NCBI GenBank assembly: GCA_045540015.1
Contig: JAZQGP010000014.1
Location: forward strand, 2,850 to 66,849
Origin: Eubacteriales bacterium
GTDB taxonomy: Bacteria > Bacillota > Clostridia > Oscillospirales > CAG-382
Direction: 5' to 3'
DNA: 64,000 nt
The first letter of the stretch is position 1; every line of letters starts with the position of its first letter. Made by a program: the position numbers and the translations under genes. Below the pieces are notes generated by a model. It made no database searches and was not told where the DNA came from. It saw nothing but the letters and a program-made list of their open reading frames with translations. Positions 1 to 7,738 of the stretch are shown one piece after another.

Positions 1-1
1 C

Positions 2-309
2 ATTTCGCAGGAGTGCGAAAGTGCAAACGGCACGCACGCATATGGAGAATACAGCAATATTTTTATTTCGGATTCCGAAAAAGAAGCGCTTATCGGACTG
101 CTTGGAAAGGAGCGCTTTGACCTATCCGTTGAGCATTTATCGCGGTACATAAAGCGAAAGACCGACTATCGAAGCGGCAGTCATTTTGAGGATCTGCGAG
201 GCTGGGTTCAAAGTGCGCTTGACGAGAGAGGCATACCTGCCAAAGCGCAAAGCGACAGCGCCAAGGGCGGTGTTTTTGACTTTGACCTGAGTGAGATTTT
301 TGAACGGTG
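2..309 (+). CDS. C-terminal fragment of a DnaD / phage replisome-organizer-like protein (5' end outside window)
   Basis: Frame 2 is open from the window edge to TGA at 307-309; it is absent from the ORF track because there is no in-window start. The translation ...HAYGEYSNIFISDSEKEALIGLLGKERFDLSVEHLSRYIKRKTDYRSGSHFEDLRGWV... resembles, from memory, the conserved C-terminal block of Firmicute phage/plasmid replisome organizers. Confidence 0.35.
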
Positions 310-320
310 AGTTGCGGTTT

Positions 321-388
321 CCCACGGCAGTGGGAAACCACAATTCAGCGCAAAACAGCCTCGGCGATAGCCGACAATGTAAACCGCA
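321..388 (+). repeat. Dispersed hairpin repeat, module E copy (GGCA-loop and GATA-loop hairpins)
   Basis: Contains CCCAC-GGCA-GTGGG and TCGGC-GATA-GCCGA hairpins. It is about 93% identical, by eye, to the reverse complement of 3039-3106. Related copies lie at 26348-26402 and 34085-34140. Confidence 0.8.
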
Positions 389-442
389 GTGAAAAAGCCA
401 TAAACTTAGTTTCATCCGTCAATAAAAAAGTTGTCTAAGTCC

Positions 443-471
443 TTGCAATATCACGATTTTTGTGATATAAT
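443..471 (+). promoter_or_regulatory. Sigma-A type promoter for the ACT/UPF0210 operon
   Basis: TTGCAA (443-448), a 17-nt spacer, then an extended -10 TGaTATAAT (463-471). Confidence 0.55.
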
Positions 472-504
472 ATGCAAAATCACACCCCGGAGGTTAAAAT
501 CAAC

Positions 505-774
505 ATGAAAGCAGTTATCACCGTCACGGCAAAGGACGCAAAAGGAATTATAGCAAAGGTAAGCGCGACCGTCAGCGAGCACGAAGCAAATATCGTTGAC
601 ATTTCGCAGACCGTCATGGGCGAATACTTCGCAATGATTATGCTCATCGAGCTTGACGAAAAGCAAAAGCGTTTCTCTGAGCTTTCGGATGCACTCACAA
701 AGCTCGGAAAAGAAAACTGTCTTGACATTCACGCAATGCACGAGGACATTTTTAACTCGATGCACCGCATCTGA
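505..774 (+). CDS. ACT domain protein, UPF0237 family
   Basis: MKAVITVTAKDAKGIIAKVSATVSEHEANIVDISQTVMGEYFAMIMLIELD is a typical ~90-aa ACT protein. GGAGG lies at 488-492. Pairing with a downstream UPF0210 gene is the usual arrangement. The track ORF starts at 472; ATG 505 is preferred. Confidence 0.8.
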   Translation: MKAVITVTAKDAKGIIAKVSATVSEHEANIVDISQTVMGEYFAMIMLIELDEKQKRFSELSDALTKLGKENCLDIHAMHEDIFNSMHRI

Positions 775-795
775 AAGGACAAGAGGTAAGTATAC

Positions 796-2154
796 ATGCT
801 CAACATACATGACATTTTTGAAACAATCAACATGATTGACCACGAGCATCTCGATGTGCGTACAATCACCATGGGAATTTCCCTTCTTGACTGCGCCGCA
901 TCCGATGCCAAGACCACCTGTGAAAACATATATAACAAGATAACCACCTACGCAAAGAACCTTGTTTCTGTCGGCGAGGACATTGAAAAGGAATACGGTA
1001 TTCCGATTGTCAACAAGCGCGTGTCGGTAACACCAATTTCGATTGTCGGCGGTCTTAAAACAAAGGAGGACTACATCCTCGCGGCTAAAACTCTCGACAG
1101 AGCCGCAAAAACTCTCGGCATAAACTTTATCGGCGGCTTTTCGGCACTTGTACAAAAGGGCATGACAAAAAAGGACCTTGCGTTCCTTGATGCCGTTCCC
1201 GAAGCAATCTCATCAACCGAGCGCGTATGCTCAAGCGTTAACGTCGGCTCGACACGTGCAGGCATTGACATGGATGCCGTCAACAAGTGCGGACACATTG
1301 TAAAAGAGCTTGCGTATCTCACAAAGGACAATTATTCAATAGGCTGCGCAAAGTTTGTTGTATTTGCAAACGTTCCCGAGGACAACCCGTTTATGGCAGG
1401 TGCGTTCCACGGAGTAGGCGAGCCTGAATGTGAAATAAACGTAGGCGTATCGGGACCGGGCGTTGTCAGAAGCGCCGTTGAAAAGGCGGGCGACTGTTCG
1501 CTTTCCGAGCTTGCGGATATTATAAAGAAAACAGCGTTCAAGGTAACGCGAATGGGACAGCTTGTTGCGTGTGAAGCCTCCCGCAGACTCGGCGTTCCTT
1601 TCGGAATCGTTGACCTGTCGCTTGCACCCACACCTGCAGTCGGCGACTCTGTTGCTCACATTTTAGAGGCAATGGGACTTGAAAGATGCGGAACTCACGG
1701 CACAACCGCGGCTCTTGCAATGCTCAACGATGCCGTCAAAAAGGGCGGTTCAATGGCGTCAAGCCACGTCGGCGGACTTTCGGGCGCGTTTATCCCCGTG
1801 TCCGAGGATCAGGGCATGATTGATGCGGCAACATGCGGAGCGTTGACGCTTGAAAAGCTTGAAGCAATGACCTGCGTATGCTCTGTGGGACTTGACATGA
1901 TTGCAATTCCCGGTGACACGCCTGCCGAAACAATCTCTGCTATCATTGCGGACGAGGCGGCAATCGGCATGATTAACAGCAAGACAACAGCAGCTCGTCT
2001 TATTCCGGCTTACGGCAAAGATGTCGGCGACAACGTTGAGTTCGGAGGACTGCTTGGCTACTGTCCTGTTATCGCTGTCAACAAGCATTCAAGCGAAAAG
2101 TTTGTAAAACGCGGCGGCAGAATCCCGGCGCCGATTCACAGCTTGAAAAATTAA
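796..2154 (+). CDS. UPF0210 (DUF711, PFL4705-like) family protein
   Basis: 452 aa. The N-terminus ...[25 protein letters not shown] and the length are typical of UPF0210. It follows the ACT partner gene. Confidence 0.8.
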   Translation: MLNIHDIFETINMIDHEHLDVRTITMGISLLDCAASDAKTTCENIYNKITTYAKNLVSVGEDIEKEYGIPIVNKRVSVTPISIVGGLKTKEDYILAAKTLDRAAKTLGINFIGGFSALVQKGMTKKDLAFLDAVPEAISSTERVCSSVNVGSTRAGIDMDAVNKCGHIVKELAYLTKDNYSIGCAKFVVFANVPEDNPFMAGAFHGVGEPECEINVGVSGPGVVRSAVEKAGDCSLSELADIIKKTAFKVTRMGQLVACEASRRLGVPFGIVDLSLAPTPAVGDSVAHILEAMGLERCGTHGTTAALAMLNDAVKKGGSMASSHVGGLSGAFIPVSEDQGMIDAATCGALTLEKLEAMTCVCSVGLDMIAIPGDTPAETISAIIADEAAIGMINSKTTAARLIPAYGKDVGDNVEFGGLLGYCPVIAVNKHSSEKFVKRGGRIPAPIHSLKN

Positions 2155-2447
2155 CCTACTTTCTTGGAAGAAAGTAGGCAAAGAACTTTTCATTGGTGAA
2201 ATTGAAGTTTAAACAACTTCAATTTCACGGAACTTTCTTGACGATTAAAGCTTAGCAAAAACTTTTCATTGGTGACATCGAAGTCTGAACAACTTCGATG
2301 TCACGTTGTATATTTAGGCGGAATCTGAGAACGAGGTTGTTTAAAGCTCGTTTTCAGCGTGAAACGGACGCAGTCCGCGCTTTTTGAAAAAAGCTTAGCA
2401 AAAACTTTTCATTGGTGAAATTGAAGTCTGAACAACTTCGATGTCAC
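2155..2447 (+). repeat. Dispersed repeat cluster: post-stop palindrome plus three module-A hairpins plus a module-B hairpin
   Basis: CCTACTTTCTT-GG-AAGAAAGTAGG (2155-2178) lies directly after the stop codon. Module-A hairpins are at 2196-2228, 2272-2304 and 2415-2447, each preceded by AAAGCTTAGCAAAAACTTTTCATTG. The module-B hairpin CTGAGAACGAG...CTCGTTTTCAG is at 2325-2357. Confidence 0.85.
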
Positions 2448-2602
2448 GTTTTAATTTCTATAACAACAACCCTTTTATTGATTTTTCTGCAATTATCAAT
2501 TACATGTTTTGTTCCCTTTGACGAGCCGTCCCAAAAAGCAAGCACAACATCTGATGCATTTATTATTTCAAGACCTCTTGAACCGATAATTGCAACTATC
2601 AT
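2444..2602 (-). pseudogene. Internally deleted remnant of a DUF2493/SLOG-like gene (52 codons)
   Basis: Below the track size cutoff. AGGAG lies 8 nt upstream of the ATG at 2602. The translation is MIVAIIGSRGLEIINASDVVLAFWDGSSKGTKHVIDNCRKINKRVVVIEIKT. It joins the N-terminal (I)IGSRG motif directly to the C-terminal AFWDGxSKGT motif, with the ~70 central residues of full-length family members missing. The stop codon lies inside the repeat hairpin at 2415-2447. Confidence 0.4.
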
Positions 2603-2622
2603 TTTAATTCCTCCTTAATTTG

Positions 2623-2643
2623 GTATACTTATTTTAAGTATAC
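2623..2643. promoter_or_regulatory. Palindromic candidate operator in the divergent promoter region
   Basis: GTATACTTA-TTT-TAAGTATAC is a perfect 9-bp inverted repeat. A related half-site ATATACTTAA lies near 2676-2686, immediately upstream of the RHH gene. Confidence 0.4.
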
Positions 2644-2699
2644 TCACAACATTATACCACAAAATAAACTTAAAATATACTTAAATTAAGATATTTTAG

Positions 2700-2891
2700 G
2701 TGATTATTTTGAGAAACAAAAACAACAAGCATCTCGGACTTGAAATCGACCCCGAAACTCACTTCAAGCTACACTATATTTCAAAATACGAAGGTAGAAG
2801 CGCAAACGGTCAGATTTTGTATCTCCTTCGCAAATGCATAAAAGAATTCGAGGAAAAAGAGGGACAAATTGTAATTCCAAAAGAACAATGA
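2700..2891 (+). CDS. Small ribbon-helix-helix (Arc/CopG-like) DNA-binding protein
   Basis: 63 aa. KHLGLEIDPETHFKLHYISKYEGRSANGQILYLLRKCIKEF fits a beta-strand/helix/helix RHH pattern. GTG start, and the exact start is uncertain. Followed by a clean terminator. Confidence 0.5.
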   Translation: MIILRNKNNKHLGLEIDPETHFKLHYISKYEGRSANGQILYLLRKCIKEFEEKEGQIVIPKEQ

Positions 2892-2896
2892 GCGCA

Positions 2897-2923
2897 AGGC
2901 GGACGAAAGTCCGCCTGTTTTTA
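2897..2923 (+). terminator. Rho-independent terminator after the RHH gene
   Basis: AGGCGGAC-GAAA-GTCCGCCT followed by GTTTTT. Confidence 0.8.
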
Positions 2924-2934
2924 TCTTAGTTGTC

Positions 2935-3180
2935 GTGGTGTCGTAAACCAAGTTTACAGTTTTTGTCTATCGGTGTTACACATCGTGCCTATCGGCAGGC
3001 AGTCATAAAGTGAATTTGCAGCTTTTGGCTACCGGCGGTGCGGTTTACATTGTCGGCTATCGCCGAGGCAGTTTTACGCTAAATTGTTGTTTCCCACTGC
3101 CGTGGGGGCGTTACCCTTTCTGTTTGCCCAGAAAGGTAACCGAAAGATGCCCACAAGTGAACCTACGGTTCCCTTATGCA
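2935..3180 (-). repeat. Dispersed hairpin repeat, modules D+E, reverse orientation
   Basis: Hairpins at 3053-3066 (GATA loop), 3093-3106 (GGCA loop), 3110-3140 and 3152-3178 (ACCGTAGGT loop) are collinear with 26276-26481 when read on the minus strand. Confidence 0.8.
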
Positions 3181-3407
3181 ACCCTCCCTAAAGCTCGCGG
3201 ACTCTCACGTTCTCGAAAACTTTAACCTGAGGAGATTTACGTTCTCCAATAAGGCTTCAATGTGCTTCGCTACGCGAGCTTGTTCTCAAGTGCCGTTTTG
3301 TTGCTTAGAGAATAAATAATCAACTACCTATCTTACACAAGAAAATTTAGTTTTTCGTTCAAATTTGTTGTAATGTTTACCATGAGGGTAGTTAAGCCAC
3401 CACGGCG

Positions 3408-3536
3408 AAAGAAGGGAAATCAGCGGAAGTTGGGAAGTTGAAATAGGGGTTTGCGGACATCTGAATTTGACCTCATTAATGGTCAAATTCAGCAAATTTC
3501 AGTATTGCATAACCCCAACTGAGCCATCCCTTCTTT
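3408..3536. other. Long imperfect hairpin (~130 nt) in an ORF-free region
   Basis: AAAGAAGGGA (3408-3417) pairs with TCCCTTCTTT (3527-3536). GGGGTT (3446-3451) pairs with AACCCC (3511-3516). The apical stem CTGAATTTGACC/GGTCAAATTCAG (3461-3492) is a perfect 12 bp. Confidence 0.5.
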
Positions 3537-3664
3537 TTGAGTGGGGAACTTTTGGTACTTTTCCTTCATTGGAAAAGTACGGAGAATGAAACCGTAGTTT
3601 CAAATTTGTATTTCTCGGTCGGTAAGGCAAAAAATCCCCCTTTAAACCTACCAAACATAAACTA

Positions 3665-3701
3665 ACAAAAAAGCGGCTGCAGCTAAGTAATTGCTGCAGC
3701 C
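3665..3701 (-). terminator. Rho-independent terminator of the methyltransferase gene
   Basis: GGCTGCAGC...GCTGCAGCC stem (3675-3701) followed on the minus strand by a T6 tract. Confidence 0.8.
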
Positions 3702-3731
3702 TCTTATCATTTTATAAACCGTTTCAAAAAA

Positions 3732-4289
3732 TCACTTGTCATACTTCTCAACCGCAATAACAAACGGTGCATCGGGTGAATTTATAATTCTGAAGTACGT
3801 AACACAGAACAGTTTTTTGTCAAGCTTTGAAAGCTCCTCTGACACCAGTTGTCCCTCAAGGCTGCCTTCCTCGTGTCCTGGATAAACCGATATTACAAGA
3901 ACACATCCTTTTTTTAGAAGGCTTACGGCTGTTCTTATTGCCGGAAGCGTGCTTTCTCTCATTGTGTGAACGCTCTTGTCTCCGCCGGGAAGATATCCGA
4001 GATTGAACATTCCGCCGTCAATGGGCTCATTTATATAGTTTGCTGCGTTTGCATGGCTGTCGTGAATAAGCACGGCAGTGTTTTCAAAACCGGCATCTTT
4101 TATACGGATACGGGTGTTGTTTACAGCCTGCTCCTGTATGTCAAAGGCGTATACTTTTCCTCCGCGTGAAAGACGGCATAAGTATTCTGTGTCATAGCCG
4201 TTGCCCATGGTAAAATCCGCAAGCACAGCTTTTTCCGGAATGCTTCCGCCCTCAAGGAATTTTTTTGCTACATCAAGAAGTTCGTACAT
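3732..4289 (-). CDS. Class I SAM-dependent methyltransferase, YtqB/MnmM (putative rRNA methylase, PF06962-like) family
   Basis: 185 aa with ADFTMGNGYDT, VYAFDIQ, FNLGYLPGGDK and SVYPGHEEG motifs characteristic of this family. Confidence 0.75.
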   Translation of the reverse strand: MYELLDVAKKFLEGGSIPEKAVLADFTMGNGYDTEYLCRLSRGGKVYAFDIQEQAVNNTRIRIKDAGFENTAVLIHDSHANAANYINEPIDGGMFNLGYLPGGDKSVHTMRESTLPAIRTAVSLLKKGCVLVISVYPGHEEGSLEGQLVSEELSKLDKKLFCVTYFRIINSPDAPFVIAVEKYDK

Positions 4290-4328
4290 TTTCTACCTCA
4301 TTAAATTCATAGGTTTTTGTTTTATCTT

Positions 4329-6539
4329 TCAGCAGGGACCTGTTTGTTCAACAAATGTTACCTCAAACCTACCCTCTGTCTTTGAAACAAGCCTTGCTAC
4401 TGAAAACGCGGGCATGTATTCGTCAGTGCTGCCGCGTTTTACACGGTAATGTGTTACAACCGGCGTGCTTTCTGTCAGGTGCTTTTCAAGGTATTCTCTC
4501 GAATTGTTGCTTATGAACAGACACCTGTCCTCGGGATGCAGGTTTTCGTCGGCGTATTCATACATTCGTTTTTTGAAATCAACCGCAGACGGTTTTCTGC
4601 AAAGAGTTTTGCCGTCGGTGCTTATAATGTAAATGGTGTTTTTATCAAGGTCTGCAAAGCTTGCATGCGTGCAGGTACCGGACAGTGCGGCAAATACGCC
4701 GTCAGCTATTCGCATCACCTTGTCTTTTTGAGCAGATCCGGAGAATTTTTCAAGGTCATTCTTTTCAACGTTTCTGATATAAATGTCGGCTTTTGCCTCG
4801 TCTGTTGATTTGTCGCGCAGAGTGTGTATTTCAAGAACCCTGTACTCGTAATCTTCGCCGGAAAGGCTGGTTTTTATGCGGTACTGCAGTGTTTTTTCAC
4901 TCATTCCCTTTCTGAAATCAGAAAGCAAATTGAGGCGATTCATGAAGCCGGAAAACGCGCTTCTGTCGCTTGGATGGATTGCAGGAAGTAAGATTTTTTC
5001 AAGGTCACTGTCGTAATGCAGCCGGAATACCCCCGAATTTACAAGGTCGGTGAATAGCGGTTCATTGTTCCAGACGATTCTCCAGCGTCCGGATTCGAGA
5101 AAAATTTCAAGACCTGTTGTGTTGTAGTTTACAACCGTACTGCGGAAGCTTTCAAGGTCAAGCTGCTTTTGTCTGGTTCTTTCATACTCTGTGATGTCTC
5201 TTGCCGTTCCGATAATGATGTTTTCCTTGCCCGACTCATCCTTAGAGCGTGTAAGAGTATAGCGCAGGAAGGTTTCTTCACCGCCTCTGTGTGAGCAAAC
5301 AGTGAGTTTTTTTACTTTTCCCGAGCCCGAAAGGCTGAAGGCGTTGCGAAGTTTTCTTGCATCGTCATTACTTAGCAGTTCGCTTTTTATTATATAGTCA
5401 AGACCGTTTTTGATTTCACTTGACTGTTCGGCAGTTCCTGGAGTTTCTCCGCTTTTGAGTATAACAACCGTATCGGAGCTGCGATAGTAAAGGAAAACTC
5501 GTATTGAAGAATCGGAAAGAGCATTTGCAAGGATGCTGTCGCGTACATTTACCTGATATCTTGCGTTTTTGGCACTCAGGGAGGATTTGGCTGTTCTGCT
5601 GTTAATCCAGAAAGCAAATATCAAAAGTCCTGCTGCGGTTGCAAGTAAAACGAAAATGAGAGAGGTGCTGTTGCGGTGGAGCTGCGAAAACAGTATGCTT
5701 TCGGGAACTACCTGCATTATATACCAGTTACTGATTCCGACAGGAAGATAAGCACACACCATTTTGCCATCGGGCGTGTCAATTACGGTGCTTCCACTCA
5801 GGTTTTTGTTTATGTCCGAGTGAAATTCACTTTTGGAGTGGCCGTTTGCAAAAACGAGCGCGTTGAGCGTTCCTAAGGCGTTGCTTCGTATATCTAAGCC
5901 GCTGCCGGTGTCCATAAACACGCCGAGACTGTCCGCTTCAAATGCAATAAGCGCACTGTTTCCGCCAAAGCCGGAGGACGTATATTCTTCGGAAAGACGA
6001 TCCGTTTCGATTATTCCGTACAGATAGTTCTGAGTGTCTCCGATGGGGGTAAACATTCGGATTATTTCTTTTGAGGTGATTTGAGACGTGGTTTTTTTGC
6101 TTATGGTGATGTTGCTTCTTTCGGGTGAGAGCGCAACCTCTTCGTTCCACTGCATACCGGACTGTGTTTCGCCCTGACCTTTTATTACGGTGCCGTCGGC
6201 AAGTCTTATGGCAAGGTCGGAAAAAAGGCTGTCATGACGAAGTGAGGTGGTTATGGCGATTGCATTTTTTTCGTCAATTTCGTCTTCTTTGGCGAGGATA
6301 GAGGCAAGTCCTTCAAGGCGGTTTGCTGCGGAATGTACGGCCTCACTCAGCTTTGCACTGCTTTGCGAGGCGGACTCTGTTATAATTTCCATTGAGATTT
6401 TTTTTGTCTGGGTATAGAAATTGTAAAGAAGAATGAAAGTGACGGCCGAAATGAATATAATGAGAAGCCGGGTTCCCATAAGTATACTGCGTCGTTCGGA
6501 ATTTTTGCCCGAGCGTTCTGCAAAATTGGTTTTTTTCAT
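4329..6539 (-). CDS. Membrane sensor protein: extracytoplasmic Cache-like region plus about three PAS-like modules, with no recognisable output domain
   Basis: 736 aa. Two TM segments (LLIIFISAVTFILLY and LIFVLLATAAGLLIFAFWI) bracket ~250 aa. The cytoplasmic part carries PAS_3-like signatures (IHPSDRSAF, LHPEDRCLF, ARDITEYERTR). No H-box, HATPase, GGDEF, EAL or HD-GYP motif was seen. GGAGGTG RBS. Confidence 0.55.
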   Translation of the reverse strand: MKKTNFAERSGKNSERRSILMGTRLLIIFISAVTFILLYNFYTQTKKISMEIITESASQSSAKLSEAVHSAANRLEGLASILAKEDEIDEKNAIAITTSLRHDSLFSDLAIRLADGTVIKGQGETQSGMQWNEEVALSPERSNITISKKTTSQITSKEIIRMFTPIGDTQNYLYGIIETDRLSEEYTSSGFGGNSALIAFEADSLGVFMDTGSGLDIRSNALGTLNALVFANGHSKSEFHSDINKNLSGSTVIDTPDGKMVCAYLPVGISNWYIMQVVPESILFSQLHRNSTSLIFVLLATAAGLLIFAFWINSRTAKSSLSAKNARYQVNVRDSILANALSDSSIRVFLYYRSSDTVVILKSGETPGTAEQSSEIKNGLDYIIKSELLSNDDARKLRNAFSLSGSGKVKKLTVCSHRGGEETFLRYTLTRSKDESGKENIIIGTARDITEYERTRQKQLDLESFRSTVVNYNTTGLEIFLESGRWRIVWNNEPLFTDLVNSGVFRLHYDSDLEKILLPAIHPSDRSAFSGFMNRLNLLSDFRKGMSEKTLQYRIKTSLSGEDYEYRVLEIHTLRDKSTDEAKADIYIRNVEKNDLEKFSGSAQKDKVMRIADGVFAALSGTCTHASFADLDKNTIYIISTDGKTLCRKPSAVDFKKRMYEYADENLHPEDRCLFISNNSREYLEKHLTESTPVVTHYRVKRGSTDEYMPAFSVARLVSKTEGRFEVTFVEQTGPC

Positions 6540-6649
6540 TCATTCCACCTCCAAAACAAATTTCTTCAAGGCTATATTAACACACTTTTTTGCTCATTAC
6601 AACAAAACACAAATTGTTTTAAAATATCTGCGACAATATATTTACAAAT

Positions 6650-6685
6650 ATAAAAAGAATGAGGCTGAGTAAATAACTCAGTCTC
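6650..6685 (-). terminator. Terminator after spo0A (hairpin usable in both directions)
   Basis: GAGACTGAG...CTCAGCCTC stem (6661-6685) with T-tracts on both sides. Confidence 0.7.
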
Positions 6686-6694
6686 ATTTTGTTT

Positions 6695-7522
6695 TTATAT
6701 TGCAAACCCGGTCTGCGGCGTGGTTTTCTTCTTTTTAAGCCGCAGGCTGTCTGCGACAAGAGCGATAAACTCGGAGTTTGTGGGTTTTCCTCGTGTGCTT
6801 TGAACGGTGTAGCCGAAGAAAGAGTTTATAACGTCAATATCTCCTCTGTCCCAGGCAACCTCAATTGCATGGCGGATTGCACGTTCAACACGCGAAGAGG
6901 TTGTTCCGTATGCCTTGGCAACCCCGGGATAAAGCTGTTTTGTTATGGAATTTATAAGCTCTGGTCTGTCCATTGTCATGATTATGGCGCTTCTTAAGTA
7001 TTGGTAGCCCTTTATGTGAGCAGGTACGCCTATCTGGTGAATTATTTTTGTAACGAGAGTTTCAAGGTCTGAGTCACTGTCCTGAGACAAATCTGCTCCC
7101 GAAGGGAATACGGCAACGTTGTCCGCATCTTTTCCCGCAGTGCTTAAGGCGCGCTCTATTTTTCCTGACAAAGCAGAGTATTCGCAGGGCTTCATTATGC
7201 AGTAATGTGCTCCTGCATCTACTGCCTCGGAAAGCATTTTCTGATTGCCTATGCCGCTTGTGATAATAAACATCGGAAGAGGCTTTACGCCGCGTGATTT
7301 TATCTCGTTTATTACTTCTGTTCCGTCAAGACGAGGAAGAAGCAGGTCAAGGATTACAACGTCGGGATGAAGCGATTGTATTTGCCTGACGGCTTCGTAT
7401 CCGTCAGAGCAGTCGCCGACGATATCAAACCCTCTCTTTGAAAGATGACTTTTAAGTCCGATTCTGAATTCGGATGTCGAATCCGCGATAAGTACCTTTG
7501 CCGCTGTTGTTGTGTAATTCAT
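6695..7522 (-). CDS. spo0A: Sporulation master response regulator Spo0A
   Basis: Receiver domain ([10 protein letters not shown]...[14 protein letters not shown]) plus the Spo0A C-terminal DNA-binding signature [35 protein letters not shown]...[13 protein letters not shown] at 7522 preferred over the track start at 7576. Confidence 0.95.
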   Translation of the reverse strand: MNYTTTAAKVLIADSTSEFRIGLKSHLSKRGFDIVGDCSDGYEAVRQIQSLHPDVVILDLLLPRLDGTEVINEIKSRGVKPLPMFIITSGIGNQKMLSEAVDAGAHYCIMKPCEYSALSGKIERALSTAGKDADNVAVFPSGADLSQDSDSDLETLVTKIIHQIGVPAHIKGYQYLRSAIIMTMDRPELINSITKQLYPGVAKAYGTTSSRVERAIRHAIEVAWDRGDIDVINSFFGYTVQSTRGKPTNSEFIALVADSLRLKKKKTTPQTGFAI

Positions 7523-7738
7523 TTTTTTGTTCCTTTCTTTAACAAAAATTGTGTAAAACAAGACTGTTTTCCCCAAAAAATTAAGTGGGTTAATCTTAAC
7601 ATACGGTCAAAATACGGACAATTTCTTTTTGCTTTCGTTCATGAAGTTTACAGGTTGGTTGCAGAAAAGTCTGAAAAAAGGAGGGTGTTTTGTCGAATGG
7701 AGGTGATGTAACACATAAAAGCGCATTAAATGATGGAT

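Noticed and set aside
451-1155. 234-aa minus-strand ORF overlapping the ACT and UPF0210 genes
   Set aside because: It is antisense to two well-supported conserved genes. It is Cys/Val/Asn-rich with no recognisable motif or RBS, which is typical of a shadow ORF.
2412-2618. 68-aa plus-strand ORF
   Set aside because: It starts inside a repeat hairpin, is hydrophobic and low-complexity, and has no RBS. The opposite strand carries a better-supported short ORF with an RBS and family motifs.
3010-3225. ORFs lying inside repeat copies (3010-3225; also 26292-26486, 34118-34306, 90-415)
   Set aside because: The repeat copies conserve hairpin pairing, not reading frame. The predicted peptides of different copies are unrelated, and no RBS is present.
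1-3300. Intact prophage or integrative element at the left end
   Set aside because: Only fragments are present: a replisome-organizer-like C-terminus, a deleted DUF2493-like ORF and an RHH gene. They are interleaved with a housekeeping ACT/UPF0210 operon. No integrase, structural or lysis genes are visible in the window.
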